Part shown: in pieces, positions 50,291 through 63,335 of the stretch
How the letters are laid out: the number at the start of each line of letters is the position of its first letter
How positions within the stretch are numbered: position 1 is the first letter of the stretch
Assembly (NCBI GenBank): GCA_035221665.1
Contig: CM069142.1
Span: 30,070,001-30,134,000, forward strand
Source of the DNA: Okamejei kenojei
Lineage: Eukaryota
Length of the DNA: 64,000 bases
Direction of reading: 5' to 3'
Program-made: the position numbers and the translations under genes
Notes under the pieces: model-generated
Told to the model about the DNA's origin: nothing
The model's input: only the letters and a program-made list of their open reading frames with translations
Databases searched by the model: none

Positions 50291-51438
50291 AGAATTTTAT
50301 ACATTTCAATTAGATTTAGTTAAATTCTATTCTGTTTGCTTTATGGTTGCACTGTTAGACAGTTCATGCCTTGAGCGATTGGACTCAGCTGCGATGTTCA
50401 TTAGAGTTGAATTGATTGACACTTATCTGTGAAGAATAACACGATGTATTTCCACTAGGGTGCAATGTCAGAGCATAACCAGGTCCCAGAGAACCACGCA
50501 CTAGCACAATGTTAACAGTTTTAGAAGAAGCTGAGAAGACTGGAGCAAAAGCAAAATAACCTGCACTAAAACATTAATTAAAACATCCAACAATAATTCA
50601 GTAAGAATTCCCCAGATTATTGTTCAGAGAGAATGAGCACATGGGATTAAACATTACATTTATTAAACTGCTGCAGATTTACCTTGGCAAATTAGATTTG
50701 ATTCCAGCCCCAGTTGTGGCAATGATATCTCAATGCTCAACGAGTTCTTACTGAAATTATTTACGTGAATTTACAGCAAAAAACTTCCATAATCTGATGT
50801 TAATTGTTCGTCCCAGAATTGATTGAGGTTTTGAAAGGATTATTGTACTCATCTGGCACTCTATCCTCTGTAGTTTAGGTTGGCAACCATGGATATTTGT
50901 ACTGCTTATAGGTTAAACAAAGGCAAGTGTTGCTGCTTATTGAAGCCAGAATTCTGTGCCAGGTCCAAATTGGAGCTGGAATTTCTTATTGCTGCAGAGT
51001 GTTTGTTTAATTATGTGCAGTGCAGAATTGTTTTGTTGCTGTGGCTTACCTGCATTTATACACTCCTCGTTTTGTACATCCTTTACATTTTGTTCACCCA
51101 AATTCAAAACCTGAAAGGAAACGCAAACATCATGTAACCTGATATCAAACCACCCACATTCATCCACCATCTCAGAAAGGTTAATCTAGGTATCTTCTTC
51201 TTTTCGTGTCCATCTTGTTACAAGCTTCCGGCGACAATCAGTGGGAGCCATCACTTGTTGCAATAGATGATGGTAGTTGCAGAATTAGCTCAGGATACTT
51301 CCAGTTTCCAGCCCCGCAACATGGACGCTTCTGCTATGGGGCCAGTCTAGGTATGACAACATTGTATTCCGAGGTGTTGGTCTCCGAATTGTGCCCTTCC
51401 CTTAAGACCAGATTTGATGCCAATCCAGCCTGATTTAG

Positions 51439-51660
51439 AACACACGTGCTGGAGTAACTCTGTGGGTCAGGAGGTATATCTGGAGAACATGGATAGGTGA
51501 TGTTTCAGGTCGGGACCCTTCTTCAGACTGCAGTTAAAGAAGGGTCCTGAACGGAAACATCCCCTATCCATGTTCTCCAGATATACTGCCTGACCCTCCA
51601 AATTACTCCAGCAATTTGTGTCCTTTGGTGTAAACCAGCATCTGCAGTTTCTTGTTTCTG
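51439..51660. mobile_element. Penelope-like fold-back element with 14-bp flanking direct repeat
   Basis: ccagcctgatttag at 51425-51438 and 51661-51674; inverted arms between. Confidence 0.8.
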
Positions 51661-52901
51661 CCAGCCTGATTTAGTCCTGCCAGTAGTTTTTAATCCTAAA
51701 GCTTCTCCTGTCCCCTTGATTGTGTAATTAGAGGAATTTACCAGATAAGTTTAACTTCTGTAGTAAAACTGTATGCAGATGCAGTGAGTCAATGTCAACA
51801 GTTGCACGTTTATCTGGTAAGTGGTATTTGATAAGTGCTTCGATTCTTTGAATTTCGGAGTGTATCTGATGTATATGATGGAAGAAAGAAAGCAAGTCTA
51901 GAAATCCTGTTGGGTCCTGGTAAGCATGCAGCATGGTTTAGGCTTTAAATATTCTGCTTGCAGTGCTAGCAAAGGCAGGCAGCCCTCCAGTGATGCAGAA
52001 ACAAAGAACTGCAGATGCAAGCGAATTAATAAAAGTGTATGTTTGTGTAAATCTGCAACTGCAGTTCCTTGTATCGCCAAGCAATAGAATGCTGCTGCCG
52101 GTAAGAGGATATATTAAAGTACAAAGGACATTTGGGAAATTGTACCTGTTATTTGAACAGAGGTGGTATTTGATAGAGGTGATTAAAATGATGAAGAATA
52201 GATCGAAACAGACTCTTTCCAATGGTTAGGTATTTAGAACAAAGACGTGTAGATATCAGGTTAAATGTAAAAGATCTAGTGTGGTAAACAGGATTTTTGT
52301 AAACATGTACATTGTGAGAAAATGGCTGCAACTAAGTAATTATAGTTGAGAAAACTATTTTGGTATAGATTAAACGGGTGGGAGAGGTGTAGGACTTAAT
52401 AAGGCGCAGAGGAATTGATTTCATTGCTTAATGTAAAGGCCATATCAACCATTTAAATTGTAATTTATTGGCAAAAATTAAAATTTAAAGTGCATGTGCA
52501 AATAGCCACGTTACCCCATTTTGACAATTTCAATGAAATGTTTGTACTGCCAACTTCGTATCATTAAATTGTAAGTTCAATTGCTGCTCTAGTAACTTTT
52601 TTGGTTCCAAGTTAAAACAGAAAAGTTCCTCTCCCTTACGTAACTTTGGCGTGAATGAAGGTATGTTTTATTAAAGCAACAATGAACTTCTTCATAGAAA
52701 ATGAATAATGCCCTGCCCTGTTGGCATCGAGTTGACCCACGAGTACCCCGAGTGACTCCGTGTTGTGTGAGTAACCAAGTTGTTTTTATGTTTTTAAAAA
52801 CTTTTTTGCATTGATCTCTATTTTGAGCGGCCGCGGACACCGACAGCAGACACACACCCAATAAAAATTTTTAAGGAAGAAGCTCGGGTGAACGACATTG
52901 A

Positions 52902-53030
52902 NNNNNNNNNNNNNNNNNNNNNNNNNNNNNNNNNNNNNNNNNNNNNNNNNNNNNNNNNNNNNNNNNNNNNNNNNNNNNNNNNNNNNNNNNNNNNNNNNNN
53001 NNNNNNNNNNNNNNNNNNNNNNNNNNNNNN
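52902..53030. other. Assembly gap
   Basis: Run of N. Confidence 1.
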
Positions 53031-53264
53031 GACTGGCTTCAGAGGAAGGAACATTTCACACAGATACAAACAGATAGAGTTATATTTACTATCAGACAAT
53101 CCAATGTCCCATAATATGTTCTTTAAATATTAACTGTTGAAAGTGTGGTGCCGTGGAGAAGGGATGATGAGGTCTGGTACAAGTTGACTTTGTTTCAGTA
53201 AGCCGATGTCTGGTTGATCGAAAAGACGAGAGGAGGATTTGAAGGATTATGCTGGAGAATCGAG

Positions 53265-53432
53265 GGTACACAAAAAGCTGGAGAAACTCAGCAGCATGCA
53301 GCAGCAACTAAAGCGAAGGAGATACGTTTCGGGTCGAGACCCTTCTTCCTAATAAGGAAGAAGGGTCCGACCCGAAACGTCGCCTATCCCCTTCGCTCCT
53401 TAGCTGCTGCAAGTTTCTCCAGCTTTTTGTGC
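53265..53432. mobile_element. Penelope-like fold-back pair
   Basis: cacaaaaagctggagaaact..cgtttcgggtcgagacccttcttc / gaagaagggtccgacccgaaacgtc..agtttctccagctttttgtg. Confidence 0.75.
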
Positions 53433-54719
53433 CAAATAGAGCCGCGAAGCCTCTTCATTGTTCCCCTGGTTTGGATTGCTCCCAGGAGAGGGGGCACAAA
53501 GAAAAATTTGGCATTTTTTCTGTGGAAGGGGAGGGCAGTATAAAATCGAAAGCATTGTGCAGTCTTAAACAATTAAACAGCTTCACTTTTAAAAGCAAAG
53601 ATACACGTTAAATTACACGGCCCCCCACAAATCGCCTCTCAATTGCTTCCCATATTATACTACTTTGGTTCATTCAGATTATAACCACGATTCTATGGTT
53701 AAACGCCACGGGCCATTACGTTACTGCAACAGTTTCCACTTTTAACTTGCTAATTTGTTGGAAAAAATCAAACAAGTCACGAGAGTTTTTCCCGAGTAGT
53801 TAGCGCCACGAACAAGTTTTTTTTGGCTACGTGATCAACGAGTGAAAACTCGGGGTCACTCGTGGGCCAACTCGCACAGTGAGACAGGGGTTTAAGTGTT
53901 AGCAGATTTGAGAGTATTGCTCCTTCACAGACACTTGTCAAATATCCAAAAATAATCTAACAATTAAAAATGAAACCCCATAAATATTCAACAAATCTTA
54001 AACCCATTTCACATTGGAACTTCAAATTAATATTTCAGACAGGAAAACTTTGTCAAATGAAATTTAAATCACTTGGAAATAATTTCTGCCTCTCTCATTT
54101 CAAAGTACACAGGAAAGTCAGTAGCTCCTGATAGTACTGCAGTCTGTTGAAATAGGCTGGGATATTTAGCGGGTCTTGTTCAACAATATATTAGAGAATT
54201 AGAATCAGAATATAGCAATCTTATCTCACTCCCAGATTTTTGACGCGCAAAATCATTTTGGGTATCTTTCCCGCAATCCTGCACTAAAATGCAGGAGATG
54301 AAGTAGAAATGTCACAATGAAGAGAGTAATTCTGATTTTAACGAGTGTCAGGCAATGTGTTTGAACAAAGTGTGTATTGATTGAATGTCCGACAGTGTGG
54401 GGTTTGGATGTGAAGCTTGGATTAGCAAGCATGCATGGAACGGTATAATGGGATGTGGCGAGTCAAATAGTATCTGAAGCGAGTGGTCAGCTGGTGGAAG
54501 AATTAACTCAGTAGGTCAGGCAGCATCTCTGGAGAACATGGATAATGAGTGTGTAGCTTGCACTTCTATTTCAAGATAAAGGCACTAACTGCTAACATTG
54601 ACACCTTAGCATTCTACTGAAAGCAATGAATAATTTCCACTTTATTATCTTTCTTTTTCACATGCTTTTTATTTTCCTTTATCTAGCCTTTTTCCCTCAG
54701 TTTATCAAATCCCTTCGCT

Positions 54720-54974
54720 TTTAGTTTAGTTTAGTTTAGAGATACAGCATGGAAACAGGCCCTTCAGTCCACGCACACTAGGGACAATTTACAGAAGCCC
54801 ATTAACCTCCCTATGTCTTTGGAATGTGGGAGGAATCCAGAGCACCCAGAGAAAACCCACGCGGTTATTGGGAGAACATGCAAACTCCACACATACAGCA
54901 CCTGAGGTCCGGATCAAACCTGGGTCTCTGGTGCTTGAGGGCAGCAACTCTACTGCTGTGCCACTGTGCTGCCC
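54720..54974 (-). mobile_element. HE1-like V-SINE
   Basis: (gttta)n tail to actgtgctgccc. Confidence 0.8.
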
Positions 54975-55019
54975 ACAGAATTCTAAATTATTGTCACAGC
55001 TGTGACCGTGAATAGTGCT

Positions 55020-55465
55020 CCTGTCATCTCATCTCCGCCACTTTTTCATTATTTCTCATCCACGTCTCTCTGTACACTCTCACCTACCTCTTCTGCCATC
55101 AACAGCACTCTCATCACCACCTCTATCTTGCATCCCATTTTCATCTCATGCTTTAGCATCTCTTGCTGCTCTGCATCGCCACTTTCTCAAACATGCCTTC
55201 TCTTGCTATCCATTTCTTCGCTCCTCATTCTTTCCTTCTCTCCCCCCACTCTTGGCACCTCCTCATTCACTCTCTCGTTTTCACCCCATTCTTTCAACTC
55301 ACTTATCTCCCTAACTCTCCCTTTATCTTGTTCCATCTCTTTTCAATCTTTTTACACTTCTGTTCGCCCATTTTCACAATAATATGTCCACCCTCTTTAC
55401 CTTCTCATCTTTATTCCCTTCTACGTCTTCGCTCGCATGCAAGTTCTTTAAACTCCTGCCTCGCT
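55020..55465. repeat. Pyrimidine-rich low-complexity tract
   Basis: C/T-dominated degenerate sequence. Confidence 0.7.
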
Positions 55466-56574
55466 CCTGACCATGACTATTGGAAGAGGAGCAGTTTACA
55501 TCTTTTTGTCTTACTTATATTTATCTTAAATCAACCAAAACCACAACTTGTTAACAAGTTATTTATCTCATTTACTATTTGCAGGCATTATTATGAATAA
55601 ATTGGCTGTTGCATTTGCCTTCAACAGTAACTATGTTTAACTGTCCTGAAACTCACTGACCTGGTCAGTGGTCATGCATGTCAGTTGATAACAGCATTTA
55701 CCTTACATCTCTCGTTTTGATCTGTTGCACGTTAATTCCTCACTTTCACACACACATGCTGTCCCATCCCTTCTCTCACCATCATGATGTGAATCAGGAA
55801 ACACAAGAAACTGCACGTGCTGGAGGAACTCAGTGAGTCAGGCAACATCTGGGGAGAGAATGGACAGGCAATGTTTCAGGTGAATCTAATCTGTCTGAGA
55901 TGGGTCCCAAGCCCAGTTTTACCTGTTCATTCCATCCCCAGATGCTACCTGGCCTGCTGAGTACCTCCTGCACTTTGTGCTTTGCTCACGATGTGAACAG
56001 TGCAGCATGAAAAAGGAAGCAATATAGCACTGAGCTCCTGACCTGTCACCCATGTAACTTATATTTGTATTACTTTTTTGAAACATATTGAACTATTTTT
56101 AGATCCTGATTTCAGTTCAGTTCATGGATTTTACAAGGGACATTAGCAGCTCATTTCTCTGCACAGAGGGTGGTGGGTATATAGAAAGAGCTTCCAGAGG
56201 AAGCAGCAAAGAAGGATATAATTAGGTTTAAAAGTCAATTAGACAAGCACATGCATGGGAACGATTTTGAGGGATATGGGCCAAACACAGGCAAATGGGA
56301 CTAGCTCAGATAGACGTCTTGGTTGCCATAGATGAGTTGGTCTGAAGGGCCTGTTTCTGTGCAGTATGATTCTATGTACATTAACCCCATTTGGTGATTT
56401 ACAACAAAACATTATATTTGTTGTAAATATTAGTTTTTTTTTTGTAAATGCAAGGAATTGTGCAAGTGGAGTTGGCATAGCCAATGCATTTGTTAAAAAA
56501 TATTTTATATTATTACCCATATCACACATCTGAGCTATGCTTTTACAAAATTGTATTCCCTTCGTTTTGAGTGC

Positions 56575-57170
56575 CAGCAGGGTTAACAGGGGAATATTTT
56601 CTTGTATTCCCCTTTCTTGCGAACGCCTATGGACTTTACGTGTTAAAACAGCGGTAAATATAGTGTTATATTCCCCTGGTCTCACATCCGGGAACTTGGC
56701 AATGTAGCGCTGCGTGGGAAATTTAGAATTTGTTCTCGACAAAACAAGCAAAATGGCAGCCTCCTGCGAGAAGAGGTTCGCGACTTTTGACGAACAGCAA
56801 TTTGACGAGATTTTACAAAACAAAGACGCGCAGAACACGAAGAAGGCAATGAAACAAGCTGTAACAATATTCAAGGAATATTTGATGGAGAAGGGTCTAG
56901 ATGTCGATATTCAAACGGCAGACAGGAAGACTTTGGCGTCCATTTTGGCTAAATTTTACGTGGAAGTCGCCGAGCTGAGATGTTGAGATTTTCCTCTAGA
57001 TGTCTGATATGGGTAATAATAACAATATTGACTGTCCTCTTTCGGGGGATACGACATATATTGCCCTCACTAGATCCATATTGCCCTCGTCTTCGACTCG
57101 GGCAATATGAATCTACTTCAGGCAATATATGTCGTATCCCCCTCAAGGCCAGTCAATATTCTATTATTAT
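56575..57170 (+). mobile_element. Crypton-like (tyrosine recombinase) transposon relic
   Basis: ATG at 56753: MAASCEKRFATFDEQQFDEILQNKDAQNTKKAMKQAVTIFKEYL..LASILAKFYVEV resembles the N-terminus of Crypton/DUF3504 proteins; truncated; long palindrome at 57014-57169. Confidence 0.7.
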
Positions 57171-58019
57171 TACTCTTAGCTCATGCTATCATCTAATAGA
57201 TTTTGTGCAGAAAAAGGTCTGCTTCCAACTACTACAGGGAGAATGAGAGCCACGTATCAATGTTATCAGTGACTCTGAACTGAAAACCTCATCTAGTAAG
57301 AAGCACAAGAATTGTATTGTGTATATTCCAAGTATTCATAGGCCATTTGTAATCTAATCTAAATTCATGGGACAATATTTCAGACTGAAATACATCAAAC
57401 TTTCTTGTAAATTAATTGTATTCACATTTATGATAAATTGCACACTCAAAACCATGCACTCTTGTTACTTGATAGTGGGTCTTAAAATTTGAGGAAACAT
57501 TTGTATTTCCTTGCATATGAAAAACAATTTGAGGTTTTTCATCAGACTCATGCGTTACTCCAATGATTTAACAGAGCACCACAGTAATATTTGTAAACAG
57601 TGATTTTGAATTAATAGTAAAAAACCTCAATTTTTAATACTGTGAAACACTGCTGCCTGTGAGAAACCTATTTGACCTTGGAATAGTTAATTTTCCAGCT
57701 AAATGTTTGCTTTCCAGGGTTTATAGTGAGATCTTGTGGTTTATGTAAACAGAGGCAGCGGCTTAATGTCATGTGTAATGAATGATCTGACTGAAGAAAA
57801 TATATCAAGAGCATAAACTGCAAAAAAACTTTTTAGAATGTTAGGGCTTTTTATCCAGTTTGAAGTTTTTTCTTCCTTACAAAATATCAGGGAGTGTAGA
57901 TATATTTTAAATATTAACAATGCAAGTTCTGTTTCCTGCAACCTCACAAATGAAATAAGTTGCTCAGCACATTTGTTGAAGGATTTCAATAAATCTTAAT
58001 GCAATTTAGAATAAAAAGC

Positions 58020-58300
58020 AATATGTATTTATATAATGTCCTCACAAATTCAGGATAGTCTAAATTTGCTTCATCTCCTTGGGTATCTTCCGGAAGTGTG
58101 GCCACTGCTGCAGAACAGGAAACATCCAAGCCAATTTCACAGGATAGCGCCACAAATAGCAATGTAATAATGTCCGGATAATTTGTTTCAGTGATATTGG
58201 TTACATGATAAATGTTAGCAATGAAACCAGAAACATTTTCCTCTGATCTTTTTCAAAATAGTACTTTGTAATCCCATACATCCATCTGGGAGGACAGGCA
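58020..58300 (-). mobile_element. Ancient Deu-SINE (SacSINE1-like) remnant
   Basis: gaagtgtggccactgctg..agccaattt..cacaaatagcaatgtaataatg..caaaatagtac..catccatctgggagg resembles the reverse complement of shark DeuSINE as recalled; highly diverged. Confidence 0.55.
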
Positions 58301-58321
58301 TACATTTTATTTTCTAGACAG

Positions 58322-58945
58322 AATGAACTGCAGATGATGGTTTACAAAAAAAGACACAAAATGCTGGAGGAACTCAGCAGGCAAAGCAACATGTTTCCTG
58401 TCAGGACCCTTCTTTAGACTTGAGTTGGGAGGGGGGGGGGGGGGGGAGAAAGCTGGAAGAGAGGTGGGTGATGGGACAAAGTCTGGCAAGTGATAGGTGG
58501 ATACAGGTGAGAGGTTTTTTTTTGATGGGCAAAGGCCAGAGTGGAAAAGACAAAAAAGCATGAGATAATAATATAAGGATGAAGGGCTGTGAAATGTGAA
58601 TCAGATGAAGGACAAGGTAGGCTGAAGGGCTGTATAGCTCCAATAGTCTCTGACTCGTGATTATCTGAAAGAAAGGGCAGAGTAGCTGCGCATCCAGGTG
58701 GGGCACAGGCAAGATTGTTTGTACGTTAGTTACCTAAAATTGGAGAATTCAATGTTAATATCTTTGGGTTGTAAGCTTGGGTTGTAAGCTGCCGAAGTGG
58801 AATATGAGGTGCTGTTCCTCCAGTTTGCATGTGGCCTCATTCTGGCAATGGAGGAGGCCCAGGACAGAAAGGTCAGAATGGGAAGGGAAGAAAATATGAT
58901 TAGCAACCGGGAGATCCAGCAGGCCTTGGTGGACTGCTGAGTGCT
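58322..58945 (-). mobile_element. Penelope-like retroelement 3' end: GIY-YIG C-terminus, 3'UTR and pseudo-LTR
   Basis: Minus-strand DLPVANHIFFPSHSDLSVLGLLHCQNEATCKLEEQHLIFHFGSLQP/KDINIEFSNFR* (a 13-bp duplication causes a frameshift), followed by the same pseudo-LTR arm. Confidence 0.85.
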
Positions 58946-59499
58946 AGTGTTTGATGAACCTGTTGCCTTTACTACCTTATCTGCAAAACAGCACATATAA
59001 AGGGGCAGAGGCCTCCTTGTTTCTGGAGTAGGTTGAACCTTGAGCTTTTTCACCATAGATAATGTTTAACCACACCTGGGGCTTAAAATATAGCAGCATA
59101 TTTTCTGAGGTGAAATATCTTTCATTACTTTTTTCCTCGCAAGTAGTCTTTGTTGTTAAAGAAATGTTTGAAATTATGTCTATTCTTGATTAAGTTCAGG
59201 GCACAATTGGGGCTAGACTATACCTTGAGGTTTACAGGGAAAAAAGTAATGGGACCAGACAGCTTACATAGACTGAAGGCTACATTTGTAATGACTGCAG
59301 ATATTAACAATTCCACGTTATTTATACAGAATGTATGATACATTTCTTATAGTTTTGCTCCTGGAGCATGGGCATATAAGCCTCTGCGTGATAAGGGTAT
59401 TTCTGCCAAGTGATAAATAATATTAAGGCCTATCACAAATGAATGAGTGGAATTGTTTGGTGAATGAATTGTGAAACATTGCGTGCAACATTGCGAACC

Positions 59500-60342
59500 A
59501 CTGATGGTGATGCGGCAGAGTATAGAAGTGAGATCGACCGATTGACCACATGGTGCCAGCACAACAACCTGGCTCTCAACACCAGCGAAACCAAGGAACT
59601 GATTGTGGATTTTGGAAGGGGTAGGATAGGGACCAAAATCCCGTTTCTATCAACGGATGGTGGGAAGGGTAAAGAAATTCAAATTCCTGGGCGTGCATAT
59701 TTCCGAAGACCTTTCCTGGTCCCAGCACACTGATGCAATTATAAAGATGGCACATCAGCGCCTCTACTTCCTGAGAAGATTACGGAGAGTCGGTATGTCA
59801 AGGAGGACTCTCTCAAACTTCTACAGGTGCACAGTGGAGAGCATACTGACTGGCTGCATCGTGGCTTGGTTCGGCAACTTGAACGTCCAGGAGCGGAAAA
59901 GAATGCAGAACGTTGTGACCACTGCCCAGTCCATCATCGGCTCTGACCTCCCCACCATCGAAGGGATCTATTGCAGTCGCTGCCTCAAAAAGGCTGCCAA
60001 CATCATCAAAGACCCACACCATCCTGGCCGCACACTCATCTCTCCGTTGCCATCGGGAAGAAGGTACAGGAGCTTGAAATCTGGAACATCCAGGTTCAGG
60101 AACAGCTTCTTCCCCACAGCCATCAGGCTATTAAACATGACATCAAACAAACTCTGAACAATAACAGCCTATTGCACTTTATCTGTTTATTGATTGTGTA
60201 TATATATGGTCTATGGTATATAGACACACTGAACTTTTATCTCCTGTTCTGTATTATGTTTACATATTCTGTTGTGCTGCAGCAAGCAAGAATTTCATTG
60301 TCCTGTCTGGGACACATGACAATAAAACTCTCTTGACTTGAC
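59500..60342 (+). mobile_element. Rex1/Babar-clade LINE 3' part
   Basis: WCQHNNLALNTSETKELIVDF and FKFLGVHISEDLSW..AHQRLYFLRRL..RFRNSFFPTAIRLLN; tail atttcattgtcc..ggacacatgacaataaa(cttga)n. Confidence 0.9.
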
Positions 60343-60941
60343 CAGTGATTGGATTAGTGGGAAGTGTAAAATATGATGTTATTATTGCTAGCCCCTCATT
60401 CTATTCTCTGTCCATCATTTAATTGACCTGTTCCAGTTTCTATCCACTTGTGTAATCTTTACTCTGTCTTATCCCAGCAACCTGCTCAAATCCCCAAGGA
60501 AATTCACAGTCTTGCTATTAATAAAACAGCAAAATGAGATTAGAGATCTGCTGTTGACATTTGGTCACAAGCTAATTGACATCTCTTGACTACAGCGCAG
60601 CCTTGAGGTTTAATATCCTGGATGCTGAAGAGCTTTATTTTCTGGCTTTTCTCTTCTCTGCAAATTCCACTTCCATTATTGCCCCAGTATGTGCATATTT
60701 TGTTCTTTTTCTGTTCTCTTACAGTGGTACTCTTTCTCTCTCACTGTTTCTCGCTCACACAGTTTCCAACTTTCCCTTCATTCCTCACACTCATCACTTG
60801 CTGTGCTACTGGCTAATTATAATTTTATTACTGGAAAACAAAAACTTCACCATAAAGTTCTTGAGAAATCTTTTTCCATTTGTGTGACTAACATTTAGCC
60901 AATTAAATGGCACTGAAACGTACTGGATAATTGCTTAGTGT

Positions 60942-61227
60942 TTTAGAGTTTAGAGTTACAGCATTGAAACAGGTCCTTTGGCCCACCGAACGCATGCCGA
61001 CAATTGGTCACCTGTTCACACGAGTTCCATGTTATCCCACCTTCTCATCCATTCCCGACACGCTAGTGGTCATTTACAGAGACCAAATAACCTACAAAAC
61101 TGCATGTTTTTTGGATGTGGGAGGAAAACGGAGCACCCGGAGGAAACCCATGTAGTCACAGGGAGACTCAACTCAGACAGCACCCGAGGTCACGATCAGA
61201 ACCAGTTCTCTGTTGGTGTGAGGCAGC
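60942..61227 (-). mobile_element. HE1-like V-SINE
   Basis: Reverse copy (tgtgggaggaaaacggagcacccggaggaaaccca). Confidence 0.8.
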
Positions 61228-62057
61228 GATTTCATCGACAAAGAAAAAAATAATGTTCATCAGACCCTAAACACATAAATCAAGCTCTTCCAGCGACACT
61301 AGTCTTATGACTGGATGTGTTAGAACATGAGCTGAGCTAGTTAAGCACTGCTGGGTCTCTTCATAATCCAACATGTAAAAACAGAAGTAACAGAGAACTG
61401 CAGATCCTGGTTTGCAAAAATCATAAAAGCAGAAAGCGGTTCCATCTCAGAAAGTCTTCTTTACAATCTAACTAGTTGGAGGCTCCACCTCAACCACTTG
61501 GGCACTGAAAAAGGGCACATGACAAAGAGATGAAGCAAACATTGGCTTTTATTAACAAATATTTGTTTGCAATTTATTTTACTTGAAACATGGCAGCTTC
61601 TTAGCATTCTGTACCATGGGAATTAGCAGAAGACGAACAGCGGTAGAGTTTACTTATACTATAACTGTGAATATTCTTCAAAAGTAGTTATTAGCTGTGA
61701 AATGCTTTAGTATGTTCTTCAGTCATAAAAAGGGCTTTTTATAAATGCAAGGAAATTCTTTCTTTGGAATAGTGATTTAGCAAGAATCACTTTAGGCTGA
61801 TTGTTTTCATTGTACTGTCTCCTGCATAAGAGTGAGTAACCTCCTCTGAATACACTTCTTCCAAACTTAAGCTACACAGAACACTTAATATTGTTCCCTG
61901 AAAATCAAGGAAATCTAAAATAAAGACAAAAAATGTTGGTAATACTCTCAGCAGGTCAGGCCATATCTGTGGGAAGAATTCACGTTTCAGGTCAAACACC
62001 TTTTGTCAGAACTGGGGGAGGAAGTTGCAGGGGGGGGGGGGTGGAGAGGAAATTATA

Positions 62058-63303
62058 TCTATATAATTAAAAGTCTCATCTTACATAGAAACATAGAAAT
62101 TAGGTGCAGGAGTAGGCCATTCAGCCCTTCGAGCCTGCACCGCCATTCAATATGATCATGGCTGATCATCCAACTCAGTATCCCGTACCTGCCTTCTCTC
62201 CATACCCTCTGATCCCCTTAGCCACAAGGGCCACATCCAACTCACTCTTAAATATAGCTAAGACTTCCTGTCTGCACTGTATGTTGATTTTAGAAAAAAC
62301 GCTACCATATATCGCTATGATATTTGGCCATCTTACAGTCCTCCTCCGCTGTGCAGGCCCCGAAGAATTTTCCCATTGATGAAAAATAAAAAAAAGTTAT
62401 GAGTGTTTAAAAAGCCTTGAGATTCTCTTGCCTGTCAATCCCCGCGGTGAAGGTAACGCCCCTTCAGGGGGGAGGGGGGGTTGGGGGGGTGGGCGGGACA
62501 GGACTATAAAACCCCGGATGCCCGGACGTGACTCTGTCACACTGCAAGATCGGAGGGAGAGGCCACGACTCTCATTCTAAGCTGTGAATCAACTGAACTG
62601 TGAGTCTGCAATGTACTTGCAATAAATGATTTGTTAGCCCTCATTGACAATGCCATGAGTTGTTCGACCTGTTGTCCTGCCTGTGCTTGAAACTGCAATG
62701 CTTTATTAGGTCCGACTGTGTTTGGAAGGAATAAATGCTTTATTTGGTCTGACTGTGTTTGGAAGGAATAACTGCTTTATTAGGTCCGACTGTTTGGTTC
62801 AAAAGTCCCGCTCATTTCGTGACTTCCACTTAGTGGACAGCTCGCGCTGATTGCGGAAGTGCCGCTGACTGCGGAATCCCCAAAGTGGAGAGGCCGCGCT
62901 CAGCCGTGTGAGTATTCAAGAAAGCTTACTGCTGTGTGAGTCANNNNNNNNNNNNNNNNNNNNNNNNNNNNNNNNNNNNNNNNNNNNNNNNNNNNNNNNN
63001 NNNNNNNNNNNNNNNNNNNNNNNNNNNNNNNNNNNNNNNNNNNNNNNNNNNNNNNNNNNNNNNNNNNNNNNNNNNNNNNNNNNNNNNNNNNNNNNNNNNN
63101 NNNNNNNNNNNNNNNNNNNNNNNNNGTATGTGTTTGTGAGTGTATGTATGTGTTTGAGTGTGTGTGTGTGTCTGAGTGTGTGAATGGTCTCAGTGACTGG
63201 GCTGCCAAAACAAGAATCCATTCGGCCCACAATTTGCTTACTAGCCCACTGGAAACCAGTCCCTTTGGCCTACAACACCATGCTAGTGCTCCAGAAAGCG
63301 CCC

Positions 63304-63335
<32 letters not shown>

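Larger units (their letters stand above)
52709..53892. mobile_element. PIF/Harbinger-like non-autonomous DNA transposon spanning a gap
   Basis: cgagttgacccacgagtaccccgag (52728-52752) is inverted at 53849-53874; right end gtgagacaggggtt followed by taa; taa also near the degenerate left end. Confidence 0.55.

Noticed and set aside
55002-55600. Ser/Leu/Pro-rich ORFs
   Set aside because: Produced by a pyrimidine-rich low-complexity tract
56239-56874. 211-aa minus-strand ORF
   Set aside because: Antisense shadow of the Crypton-like ORF running into AT-rich and CR1 sequence; no domain signal
62697-62797. 37-bp repeats of CRISPR-like length
   Set aside because: Units are directly tandem with no spacers, in a vertebrate genome with no cas genes; it is a minisatellite
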